Assembly: GCA_938038815.1 (NCBI GenBank)
Contig: CALHTF010000008.1
Coordinates: 24,296-88,295 of the forward strand
Length of the DNA: 64,000 nt
Direction: 5' to 3'
Origin: an uncultured Acidimicrobiales bacterium
GTDB lineage: Bacteria; Actinomycetota; Acidimicrobiia; Acidimicrobiales; SHLQ01
A model generated the notes under the pieces. That model searched no databases. It saw only the letters and a program-made list of their open reading frames with translations, and was not told where the DNA came from. Position 1 is the first letter of the stretch. Every line of letters starts with the position of its first letter. The position numbers and the translations under genes are program-made. Shown here piece by piece: positions 8,894 through 17,279 of this stretch.

Positions 8894-9896
8894 CCTGCAC
8901 GACAGCCTGGCTCTGGTTGTAGCTGATCGTCGGATACTTCGGCGGATTGTCCGGGCCATGGCAGCTGGGCAGACACTCCATTGGAAAGTCCGCGTTGGCG
9001 TTGAAGAAGAAGGGCACCGAGTAGCGACTGGTGGGTGCGACATTGTTGGCGAAGTGCCGGGTGCTCAAGAACCGGTCGTTTGACCACTGCCGCAACAGCT
9101 CGCCCGAGTTCACCACCAAAGCCCCGTCGATCACCGGCACCGAGATCCACTCATTTCGTTGGTGGCTGTAGATCGTCAGGCCAGGCCCGTCCTGGAGGAG
9201 CAGGGTAAAGAACGTGGTGTCGACGTGGGGCGCTATGCCAAAGGCCCCATCCGCTGGGTCCGGGTGCTCGTCAACCCCCGGGTAGTGGGTGAGTCGAAGC
9301 CGCCAGAACGGGTCGACGAACGCCTCAGCAAAGAAATCGGGCGCGAGATCGAGGGCGACCGCATACAGAGGGAGTAACGATTGAGCCAGCGCAGCGATTG
9401 CCGTCGCGTAGGACTCGACGGTCTCGCGGAACCCGGGTAGGTCCGCTGGCCACTGATTGTCGTCGAACGACAGGTGGTGATCGGTCTTGATCAGGAAGGC
9501 CTCGTTGGCGTTGCCCACCGCTCTGCGCGGCAGTTTGCGTTCGTGCAGTGGCAAGTACCCCATGCCGCCGGTTGGCCACCCGGGTCGATCCATCAAGATC
9601 TGGCGCTTGTCGGCCAACGCCAACGCGTGAAACCGCCCCGTTGCCGCGAGTATTTGCTGTTGTTGGTCGGCGGAAATGCCATGGCCAACGACTTGATGGA
9701 ACCCCACCTCTTGTGATGCCCTCCGAAGCTCGTCGGCGATCGCCGACCGGTCATTCGCCGACCCGGTCTGTAGATACGGGCCAACGTCGATGATCGGTAC
9801 GTCGCCCGGCCGGGCCTGCACCGGCGACGACGTATCCCACTGGTTGGCCGCGGCAAGAAGTTCCTTCTCTTTGGCGACCGCGTCGAAATTTGTCAT
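8886..9896 (-). CDS. 2-oxoglutarate/Fe(II)-dependent oxygenase (isopenicillin-N-synthase-like)
   Basis: 336 aa with the HxD iron motif in FGIAPHVDTTFFTLL and a distal His/Arg region (NDRFLSTRHFA). The N-terminal non-haem dioxygenase region is typical of the family. Confidence 0.8.
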   Translation of the reverse strand: MTNFDAVAKEKELLAAANQWDTSSPVQARPGDVPIIDVGPYLQTGSANDRSAIADELRRASQEVGFHQVVGHGISADQQQQILAATGRFHALALADKRQILMDRPGWPTGGMGYLPLHERKLPRRAVGNANEAFLIKTDHHLSFDDNQWPADLPGFRETVESYATAIAALAQSLLPLYAVALDLAPDFFAEAFVDPFWRLRLTHYPGVDEHPDPADGAFGIAPHVDTTFFTLLLQDGPGLTIYSHQRNEWISVPVIDGALVVNSGELLRQWSNDRFLSTRHFANNVAPTSRYSVPFFFNANADFPMECLPSCHGPDNPPKYPTISYNQSQAVVQGE

Positions 9897-10137
9897 TCGT
9901 TCACCGTACCCAAAACATCGTTGCCGAAATTGGGAAAGCGCATCCCATATGGTGGGAAATTCCGGCGATTTTCGGCGGTTGAGTTACCTTGGTCACGTTT
10001 TTGTCCTAAGGTGGTGGCATCACCGGGGGGGTGAGTATCCATCTTGCAGGCAACTGCGGGAGACGAACCCGTCCCCCCGACCGCCAATCGTTTCCAAATT
10101 CTGGAAGCGGTCTCTAACAAGAAGGAACTACTCGCCA

Positions 10138-11907
10138 ATGAACTGGAAGAGCCTTGATGCCACCAGGCGCAACATTGGGCCGATTGAACTCGACCTCGTT
10201 GAGGCCTACGCCCAGAAGAAGATCAGCCGACGCAACTTTGTAAAGCGCGGCACGATCATCGGTCTGAGCGCCCCCACGATGGCCGCTGTCATCGCCGCTT
10301 GCGGCAGCGACGGAGGATCCGACTCCGCAGGCGACACCGCAGCACCTAGCGACGACGGAGATACCGCTCCAGCAACCACTGCCGCAGCAGCCCCCGCGGC
10401 GGGCGGTGACCTGCGAATCGGTGTTCAGTTCGGTGACGCCAACTCGGGTCTTGACCCGATCAACATGCTCGACCTTGGAACCTACGCCGTGGTCTCGCAG
10501 AGCTTTGAGTACCTCGTTGGCCTCGGGTCCGATGGAAACATCGGTGCCACCGGCCTCGCCGAGAGTTGGAGCCCCAACGACGACGGCTCGGTATGGACCT
10601 TTAACCTTCGTCCCGGTGTCATGTGGCACGACGGAACCCCGCTTACCAGTGCCGACGTAGCCGCCACCATCGACCGGATGGTCGCTGCTGGTGCCGGCCT
10701 TGCTGGCGTGGTCAGCGAAGGTGCAGTCGACACCCCCGATGACAACACCGCGGTGATCAACCTCGATGCCCCCAACGGCAACCTGCCCGTTCTGGTATCG
10801 CTGTTCAACCCGCAGTCGCTGGTAACCCCGGCCGCTTTCGAAGCCGGTTCCACCCTCGACGGAAGCCCCAACGGCACCGGCGCATGGATGCTCGACAGCT
10901 TCGATCCCGGAACCTTCGAGGCTCGCTTCGTGCCGAACCCGAACTGGTGGGGTGGATCGGTCAACTTCGATACCGTCACCATGACCGGTTACGAGTCGGC
11001 CGGTACCAAGGTCGCTGCTATGCAGGCGCGCGAAATCGACATGATCCAGGACTTCTCGGTCATCGATGGTGCGGCCCTGCTCGAAGACGCCAACCTCAAT
11101 GTGCAGAAGCCACCGTCGGCTAACCATCGCCAGCTGTGGTTCAACACCCAGCTGCCGTCGGGTGGACCCTTCACCGACAACCGAGTCCGCCAGGCTGTTG
11201 CGTACTGCCTTGACCGTCAGCAGATTGTCGACACCTTGTACTCGGGCCAGGCCCTGATCGGTAACGACCACCCCGTGCACCCGACCCTGCCGTTCTTCGA
11301 CGATTCGGTCGTTCCACAGCGCGAGCGCGATATCGAAAAGGCCAAGCAACTGCTGGCCGATGCCGGCTACGCCGATGGCGTCGAAGCAACCTTCGATGTC
11401 GGCGACATTGGTGAGGTTCCCGACTATGCAGCGCTGGTCGAAGGCCAGTGCGCCGAAGCTGGATTCACCTTCCCGGTTCGCGTCACCGCCAACTCGGACT
11501 TCTACGGTGAATACTGGTGTGCAGGTGCCGAGTGGGGTGCCAAGCCCGAAACCGGCGGCCCCGGGCTTCCCTGTGGAGAATCATCGCCCATCGGTATCGT
11601 CGACTACGGACACCGCCCGGTACCAGACATCTTCTTTGGTCGTGCACTGCAGACCGACGGTGACTGGAACTCCTCGAACTACGCATCGGCTGAGTTCGAT
11701 TCGACCTTCAAGGAATACCAATCGGCAGTCGATGTCGCTGGTCAGACCGCTGCGGTCAGCAAGATCCAGACGCTCCTGCACGAGGATGCTCCGGCTCTTT
11801 ACCCGGCGTTCTTCGACTACCTCAGCGCCCACGACAGCTCGCTGCAGGGTGTTGAAGTGACCGCTCTTGGACACATGCAGCTGCAGAACGCGTCGTTCAA
11901 AGGGTAA
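10138..11907 (+). CDS. ABC transporter substrate-binding protein, family 5 (peptide/opine/nickel type), Tat-type signal plus lipobox
   Basis: It has a twin-arginine-like SRRNFVKRG followed by AAVIAACGSDGG. Length and sequence are typical of DppA/OppA-like SBPs. The listed ORF start at 9790 overlaps the divergent promoter, so I chose ATG 10138. Confidence 0.85.
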   Translation: MNWKSLDATRRNIGPIELDLVEAYAQKKISRRNFVKRGTIIGLSAPTMAAVIAACGSDGGSDSAGDTAAPSDDGDTAPATTAAAAPAAGGDLRIGVQFGDANSGLDPINMLDLGTYAVVSQSFEYLVGLGSDGNIGATGLAESWSPNDDGSVWTFNLRPGVMWHDGTPLTSADVAATIDRMVAAGAGLAGVVSEGAVDTPDDNTAVINLDAPNGNLPVLVSLFNPQSLVTPAAFEAGSTLDGSPNGTGAWMLDSFDPGTFEARFVPNPNWWGGSVNFDTVTMTGYESAGTKVAAMQAREIDMIQDFSVIDGAALLEDANLNVQKPPSANHRQLWFNTQLPSGGPFTDNRVRQAVAYCLDRQQIVDTLYSGQALIGNDHPVHPTLPFFDDSVVPQRERDIEKAKQLLADAGYADGVEATFDVGDIGEVPDYAALVEGQCAEAGFTFPVRVTANSDFYGEYWCAGAEWGAKPETGGPGLPCGESSPIGIVDYGHRPVPDIFFGRALQTDGDWNSSNYASAEFDSTFKEYQSAVDVAGQTAAVSKIQTLLHEDAPALYPAFFDYLSAHDSSLQGVEVTALGHMQLQNASFKG

Positions 11908-11970
11908 CTAGCACATCAAAGCTGACACCGTCGCTGGTTCGCTGGCGTTGGTGACAAGTCATACGGCAGT

Positions 11971-12003
11971 CGGCGGCGAGGCAGATCATCTGTCTCGCCG
12001 CCG
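11971..12003 (+). terminator. Strong intercistronic stem-loop (partial terminator or mRNA-stabilising hairpin) between the SBP and permease genes
   Basis: cggcggcgaggcaga-tca-tctgtctcgccgccg forms about 15 bp (one G-U) with a 3-5 nt loop, followed by ttccggttt (a weak U-tract). It lies 64 nt after the SBP stop. Confidence 0.5.
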
Positions 12004-12057
12004 TTCCGGTTTAGGGGACCTCTTGTCTAAGGGTTCCAAGAGAAGAAAGTGGGGGGA

Positions 12058-13035
12058 ATGGCATTCTTTGTTCGACGGCTACTGCTGTCGCTCATAACCC
12101 TGGCGATCATCTTGACGATGATCACCCTGATTCCATTTGTTGCTCCGGGCGATCCAGCCCGTAAAATCGCCGGCGGTACGGCATCGCCAGAACGACTCGC
12201 CCAAGTCACCGAGTCGCTGGGTCTCGATGCGTCACCGCCTGTGCAGCTTGGTCGAGCCTTCAAGAGCGTGTTTACCCTCGACTTTGGTGAAGCGTTCACC
12301 AAGCCGGGCGAGTCGGTTGTGGGCTTGGTCAGTGCCGCCCTCTGGAAGTCGGGCAAGCTCGTGCTGTTCGCGTTGGCGGTGGTATTGCCACTCTCGATAC
12401 TTGGCGGCACGATTGCCGCCTACAAAAAGGACACCTGGATAGACCGGCTCATCGTCAACGTTGGGCTGGCCTTATCGTCGATACCCGAGTTTGTGGGGGG
12501 TGTGGTCTTGCTCTGGCTGCTCGGGGTGAAATTCGAGTTCTTTAAGATCAGCGCGAATGCACCGCAAGTGCGAGACGGGGCCGAACTTGTCGACCCGGGC
12601 ATCATCACCCAGCTCCACCACCTGTTGTTGCCCGTTCTGGTGGTCCTGTTTGTCTACTTTGGTTACATCGCGCGTGTAACCCGGGCTGGCGTGATCAACG
12701 CCCTTGACTCCGACTATGCCCGGACCGCCTTTATGAAAGGGCTGCCGACCGGGACCGTGTTTCGCAAGCACATCTTGCGCAACGCGCTTCAGCCCACCGT
12801 GGCGGTTGTTGCGACCCAGCTTGGTTACATGCTCGGTGGCATGGTCGGCCTCGAGATCGTCTTTAACTATCCCGGCCTCGGCCGGATGGTCGTCGATGCG
12901 GCGCAAACATCGGACTATCCGCTGTTGCGCGGCGCCGTGGTCGTCGTGGCGCTGATCTACATGGTCGCCACGCTGTTCGCTGATCTGATTATTGCTTGGA
13001 TGAACCCCCGGGCTCGTCTGGGCGGGGAAGGATAG
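12058..13035 (+). CDS. ABC transporter permease (DppB/OppB-like)
   Basis: It has the typical N-terminus MAFFVRRLLLSLITLAI, about six TM segments and a binding-protein-dependent transport-system inner-membrane signature region (YARTAFMKGLP). Confidence 0.85.
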   Translation: MAFFVRRLLLSLITLAIILTMITLIPFVAPGDPARKIAGGTASPERLAQVTESLGLDASPPVQLGRAFKSVFTLDFGEAFTKPGESVVGLVSAALWKSGKLVLFALAVVLPLSILGGTIAAYKKDTWIDRLIVNVGLALSSIPEFVGGVVLLWLLGVKFEFFKISANAPQVRDGAELVDPGIITQLHHLLLPVLVVLFVYFGYIARVTRAGVINALDSDYARTAFMKGLPTGTVFRKHILRNALQPTVAVVATQLGYMLGGMVGLEIVFNYPGLGRMVVDAAQTSDYPLLRGAVVVVALIYMVATLFADLIIAWMNPRARLGGEG

Positions 13036-13037
13036 CC

Positions 13038-13958
13038 ATGGCCGAAGAAACAACGCCCACGGGTGTTACCGATAGCGCCGCGGTTCTCGACATCGATGAA
13101 GAAGGGGTTGTCGACGGGGCAACCCGCCGCCAAGTACAACGCGAGCAATTCAAACTGCTGCTCAAGTCGCCAGGGTTCCTGATTGGCTTCAGCATCTTTA
13201 TGTTCTGGGTGGTCGCGTCGTTCTTTCCCGGGTGGTTCACCACGGTGGACCCCAAGGAGTTCACGCCTCAGCTCGATATCCCACCGGGCAGCGACGCCTG
13301 GTTCGGTACCGACAAACTGGGCCGAGATGTGTTCAGCCGGGTGATCTTTGGTGCCCGGCCCATCATGATCGTGGCTCCGTTGGCGGCTGGACTGGCCGTC
13401 ATCGCCGGAACCCTGCTCGGGCTCGCAGCGGGTTACTACCGCGGTTGGTTCGACGAGATCGTGAGTCGCATTGCCGAAGCCCTGCTCTCGACTCCGGCGA
13501 TCTTGTTGGCGATCTTGATCGTGGTGACCTTTGGTTCGACCGACCCGGTCATCATCGGCACCGTTGCGGTGCTGTTCACTCCCCCGGTGTACCGCACCGT
13601 GCGAGCCGCGGCCCTTAGCGAATCACGGCTCGACTATGTGACCTCAGCGAAGATGCGCGGCGAGAGCAGCCTGTTCATCATCGCCCGAGAGATCTTGCCC
13701 AACGTGATTGGTGTGACGGTCGTGGAGTTCACCGTTCGCCTTGGTTACGCCATCTTCACCGTCGCCACGCTGGCGTTCCTTGGCATTAAGGCCGGCAACG
13801 CTACCGATGCCGACTGGGGCATCGATGTGTCGGCGACCTGGGAGCGCATTGTTTCTGGCTCCTGGTGGCCCACCATCTTCCCGGCCCTCGCGATTGCCTC
13901 GTTGGTAATCGCGGTAAACCTGATCGCCGACTCGATCGAGGAGGCTCTGTCGTCATGA
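13038..13958 (+). CDS. ABC transporter permease (DppC/OppC-like)
   Basis: ATG 13038 lies 3 nt after the upstream stop. It shows DppC-like topology, including an EAA-like loop (YVTSAKMRGES). Confidence 0.85.
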   Translation: MAEETTPTGVTDSAAVLDIDEEGVVDGATRRQVQREQFKLLLKSPGFLIGFSIFMFWVVASFFPGWFTTVDPKEFTPQLDIPPGSDAWFGTDKLGRDVFSRVIFGARPIMIVAPLAAGLAVIAGTLLGLAAGYYRGWFDEIVSRIAEALLSTPAILLAILIVVTFGSTDPVIIGTVAVLFTPPVYRTVRAAALSESRLDYVTSAKMRGESSLFIIAREILPNVIGVTVVEFTVRLGYAIFTVATLAFLGIKAGNATDADWGIDVSATWERIVSGSWWPTIFPALAIASLVIAVNLIADSIEEALSS

Positions 13959-15976
13959 CGGTTACCGAATCAACATCAACCCAAACCGCCGCACTGTCGA
14001 TCCAGGACCTTCACATGTCCTACATCGTGCGTGGGACCCCGCGTGAGGTTCTGCGTGGCGTGAGCTTCGAAATCCGACCCGGTGAAGCGTACGGCCTCGT
14101 CGGCGAGTCGGGTTGCGGCAAGTCGACCACCGCGTATGCCGCCATGCGGTATCTGCCGTCTAATGGTCGGATTACCAGCGGCAAGGTTTTGGCGGGTGGA
14201 CGCGACCTGACCGCCATGTCAAGCAAAGACCTTCGAGCGTTCCGGGCGACCGAAGCGTCGATGGTTTACCAGGACCCAGTGCAGGCCGTGAATCCGGTGC
14301 ACCGGATTGGGCGCCAGGTTGCCGAGTGCTTCGAGATCGCCGGCGTCCCGAAAGGCCAATGTAAAGATCGGGCGCTCGGCGCCCTCAAACAAGTCCGTAT
14401 TGCCGACCCCACCAGCGTGATGGAACGCTTCCCCCACCAACTGTCGGGCGGCATGCTCCAGCGGGTGGTTATCGCCATGGCGCTGGCATCGGACCCCAAG
14501 CTTTTGGTGCTCGACGAACCAACGACCGGCCTCGACGCGACGGTGGAAGCCGAGGTTCTCGACCTGGTTCGTGACCTCAGCGCCGAAACCGGCGCCGCCA
14601 TTTTGCTGATCGCTCACAACCTGGGCGTTATTCGCTCGATGTGTGACCGGGTGGGCGTGATGTACGCCGGGCGAGTGGTGGAAGAAGGTTCGGTCGAAGA
14701 GGTGTTCGACACCCCGACGCACCCCTACACCGTTGGTCTGCTCAACTCGATTCCCCGCCGTGGTATCCGCAAGACCGACCGCGAGCTGTTCGCGATCCCT
14801 GGCAACCTGCCATCGATCGGCGATCCACTTCCGACGTGTGTGTATGTCGACCGGTGCCCGATCGCGACCGATGTATGCCGCACCGACGTTCCGCCTCGGG
14901 TCGACCTCGACAATGGCCACTTCACGATGTGCCATCACGCCGACAACATCTCGAGCGTTCCCGGGCCTGAGGACACCGAGTGGAATCACGAGATTGGCCT
15001 CGAAGAGGTCATCGGCGTCGAGAACGTCTCGAAGACCTTCCATCAGCGTGGTGTCGACATCCCGGCGTTGGTAAGTGTTGACTTGGGCTTCGCCGACGGC
15101 GAAACGCTTGGCTTGGTCGGCGAATCCGGTTCGGGTAAGTCGACCCTAGCGAAGACCATGTTGGGCGTTCACGAACCTGACGCGGGCGGTGCGATCACTT
15201 TGCGTGGTCGCCCAATGGCCACCAAGGCGACGTCTCGCAACGAAGAATCGATTCGCTCGATTCAGATGGTGTTCCAGAACCCCGACTCGGCGCTCAACCG
15301 GTCGTGGACGGTCCGACGCATCTTGACCCGGTCGATCACCAAGCTCACCGGCCTCAGCGGTGCGGCGGCCGATGCCCGTGCGGTCGAGATCGCCAAGGGA
15401 ATGCGGTTGTCCGAGCGGCATCTCGACATGCGGCCCCGTCAGCTATCAGGTGGACTCAAACAGCGGGTCGCTATTGCTCGAGCGTTTGCCGGTGACCCCG
15501 ATGTGGTCGTGTGCGACGAGCCAACCTCGGCGCTCGATGTGTCGGTGCAGGCCGCCATCTTGAACCTGCTCGGAACACTGCAGCGCGACGAACGAACCAG
15601 CTACCTGTTCATCAGCCACGACATCGGTGTTGTTCGGTACCTTGCTGATCGCGTTGCGGTTATGTATGTCGGTCGAATCGTCGAGTTGACCACCACCGAC
15701 AAACTCTTCGAGGGGCCAAATCACCCCTATACCGAAGCGTTGTTGTCGGCGGTGCCGTCGGTCGATGGTCGAACCGAGAACCGAATTCCGCTCGATGGTG
15801 AGATCCCGAGCCCGAAGGATCCGCCTCCGGGTTGTGTGTTCCACACCCGCTGCCACCGGGTCATCGAGGGCACCTGCGATACGCAGGTGCCGGAGCTGAA
15901 AGAGATCGCGCCTGGTCACTCGATGGCGTGTCATATCCCGGCCGAACAGCTGGTGGAGCTGCAAATCCGCCGGTAG
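13955..15976 (+). CDS. Fused double ABC ATPase (DppD-DppF type, two nucleotide-binding domains in one chain)
   Basis: It has two Walker A motifs (GESGCGKST, GESGSGKST), two LSGG signatures (QLSGGMLQR, QLSGGLKQR) and two oligopeptide-type C-terminal extensions. ATG 13955 overlaps the upstream TGA (ATGA). Confidence 0.9.
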   Translation: MTVTESTSTQTAALSIQDLHMSYIVRGTPREVLRGVSFEIRPGEAYGLVGESGCGKSTTAYAAMRYLPSNGRITSGKVLAGGRDLTAMSSKDLRAFRATEASMVYQDPVQAVNPVHRIGRQVAECFEIAGVPKGQCKDRALGALKQVRIADPTSVMERFPHQLSGGMLQRVVIAMALASDPKLLVLDEPTTGLDATVEAEVLDLVRDLSAETGAAILLIAHNLGVIRSMCDRVGVMYAGRVVEEGSVEEVFDTPTHPYTVGLLNSIPRRGIRKTDRELFAIPGNLPSIGDPLPTCVYVDRCPIATDVCRTDVPPRVDLDNGHFTMCHHADNISSVPGPEDTEWNHEIGLEEVIGVENVSKTFHQRGVDIPALVSVDLGFADGETLGLVGESGSGKSTLAKTMLGVHEPDAGGAITLRGRPMATKATSRNEESIRSIQMVFQNPDSALNRSWTVRRILTRSITKLTGLSGAAADARAVEIAKGMRLSERHLDMRPRQLSGGLKQRVAIARAFAGDPDVVVCDEPTSALDVSVQAAILNLLGTLQRDERTSYLFISHDIGVVRYLADRVAVMYVGRIVELTTTDKLFEGPNHPYTEALLSAVPSVDGRTENRIPLDGEIPSPKDPPPGCVFHTRCHRVIEGTCDTQVPELKEIAPGHSMACHIPAEQLVELQIRR

Positions 15977-16001
15977 GCGTCAAACAGCACCCGTAACCAT
16001 T

Positions 16002-16007
16002 TATAAT
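16002..16007 (+). promoter_or_regulatory. Candidate -10 hexamer (perfect TATAAT) upstream of the Fic gene
   Basis: Exact TATAAT sits inside a visibly AT-rich 85-nt spacer, about 55 nt upstream of the Fic start. No convincing -35 is seen. Confidence 0.3.
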
Positions 16008-16061
16008 GATGTTTATGGGCCGAAACATAACTATGGATCCGCGTGCTGCTGGTTGTGAGGC

Positions 16062-17258
16062 GTGATGTCGAACGACTTCGCGCCCTGGCCGCCGGTTCGT
16101 TATGAAGAACTCGCGTGGGAGCCTTCGCACCCGGGGCTGATGTCGCGCACGCAGCAAAAGCGCCACCGCGGCCCGTATTCGTCGGCGGTCGTGCCCGAGA
16201 TTGCCTCGGTCGCGGGGCTCGGTCTCGCTCCCGAAACCTTGGCCGCCGCCGACGACGCATCGGCCGAGATCGTGCGCTTCGACGCGAACGCGGGCGAACT
16301 GTTGCCCTTTGCCGCATTGTTACTTCGTTCCGAGTCCGCCGCCTCGAGCCAGATCGAGAACCTGACCGCGTCGGCTCGGGCGATTGCCTTGGCCGAAATG
16401 CAGACGCCATCGACCACCAACGGCGACATCATCGTCGCGAACACCCGGGCCATGGAAGCAGCGATCGATCTCGCCGGTCGACTCGACGGCGACGCGATTC
16501 TCGAAACCCACCGGGCCCTGCTCGAAGTCAGCCAGCCATCGATTGTCGGCAAATGGCGAGATCAGCCCGTATGGATTGGCGGCACGGCGTTCGGGCCTCA
16601 CCTGGCCGATTTCGTACCTCCTCATCACAACCGGGTGGCCGACGCGATGGCCGACCTGGTGACGTTCATGGGCTCTGACGGTCACCCGGCACTCCCCCAC
16701 GCCGCTCTGGCCCACGCCCAGTTCGAGACCATTCACCCGTTCCCCGACGGCAACGGCCGAACCGGCCGGGCGCTGCTGCACGCGATGCTTCGGGCGACCG
16801 GACTGACCCGTAACGTGACGGTTCCGATTTCGGCCGGCTTACTGTCCGATGTCGACGCCTACTTTGCGGCTTTAGGCGCCTACCGCGAGGGCAACCCCGA
16901 CGAAGTGGTGCTCCTGGTGGCCGATGCGTCGTTTGTGGCTATCGCCAACGGCCGCCGGCTCGTCGAGGACCTGCGCTCGGCCAAGGCCGAATGGCTCGAC
17001 ACCGTGAAGGCCCGGTCAGACTCCGCCGTGTGGAAGATCATCGACCTGCTGACCCGGCAACCAATAATCGACAGTCCACTCGTGCAGCGCGAGACCGGGG
17101 TGGCCGCAGGAAACGCCCTCGCGGCGATCGAGCGCCTTGAGGATGCGGGGGTTATCCGCGAAACCAGCGGTCAGGGCCGAAACCGGATCTGGCAGGCCGA
17201 TCAGATCCTGGTGGCGCTCGATGAATTCAGCGCTCGAGCAGGACGACGGAGCGGCTAA
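16062..17258 (+). CDS. Fic-family protein (AMPylase-type), class with an N-terminal intramolecular inhibitory helix
   Basis: The Fic motif HPFPDGNGRTGR lies at nt 16734-16769. The inhibitory motif SSQIEN ([ST]xxxE[GN]) lies at nt 16344-16361. There is a C-terminal wHTH-like tail. The start is GTG 16062 or ATG 16065. Confidence 0.9.
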   Translation: MMSNDFAPWPPVRYEELAWEPSHPGLMSRTQQKRHRGPYSSAVVPEIASVAGLGLAPETLAAADDASAEIVRFDANAGELLPFAALLLRSESAASSQIENLTASARAIALAEMQTPSTTNGDIIVANTRAMEAAIDLAGRLDGDAILETHRALLEVSQPSIVGKWRDQPVWIGGTAFGPHLADFVPPHHNRVADAMADLVTFMGSDGHPALPHAALAHAQFETIHPFPDGNGRTGRALLHAMLRATGLTRNVTVPISAGLLSDVDAYFAALGAYREGNPDEVVLLVADASFVAIANGRRLVEDLRSAKAEWLDTVKARSDSAVWKIIDLLTRQPIIDSPLVQRETGVAAGNALAAIERLEDAGVIRETSGQGRNRIWQADQILVALDEFSARAGRRSG

Positions 17259-17279
17259 GAGTCTGCCCTGGTGTACGAC

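Noticed and set aside
9790-10137. 5' extensions of listed ORFs into neighbouring genes or promoters. They are the SBP ORF from 9790, the pstB ORF from 25622, the oxidase ORF up to 9043, the GGDEF-EAL ORF up to 19931, the YdjC ORF from 59308, the HAD ORF from 51922 and the NT5C-like ORF from 46265.
   Set aside because: The extensions overlap well-supported upstream genes or divergent promoters. They encode low-complexity Arg/Pro-rich sequence. In-frame internal ATG/GTG starts give family-typical N-termini, often with 1-, 4- or 8-nt overlaps.
15977-16061. AT-rich patch as a mobile-element or integration scar
   Set aside because: It is only 85 nt. It has no flanking direct repeats, tRNA, integrase or transposase, and the Fic gene itself has normal GC content. 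A promoter region is the simpler reading.
16062-17258. Fic gene as part of a toxin-antitoxin or defence module
   Set aside because: No small partner ORF lies on either side (85-nt AT-rich spacer upstream, 21 nt to a convergent gene downstream). The inhibitory [ST]xxxE[GN] motif is internal to the protein.
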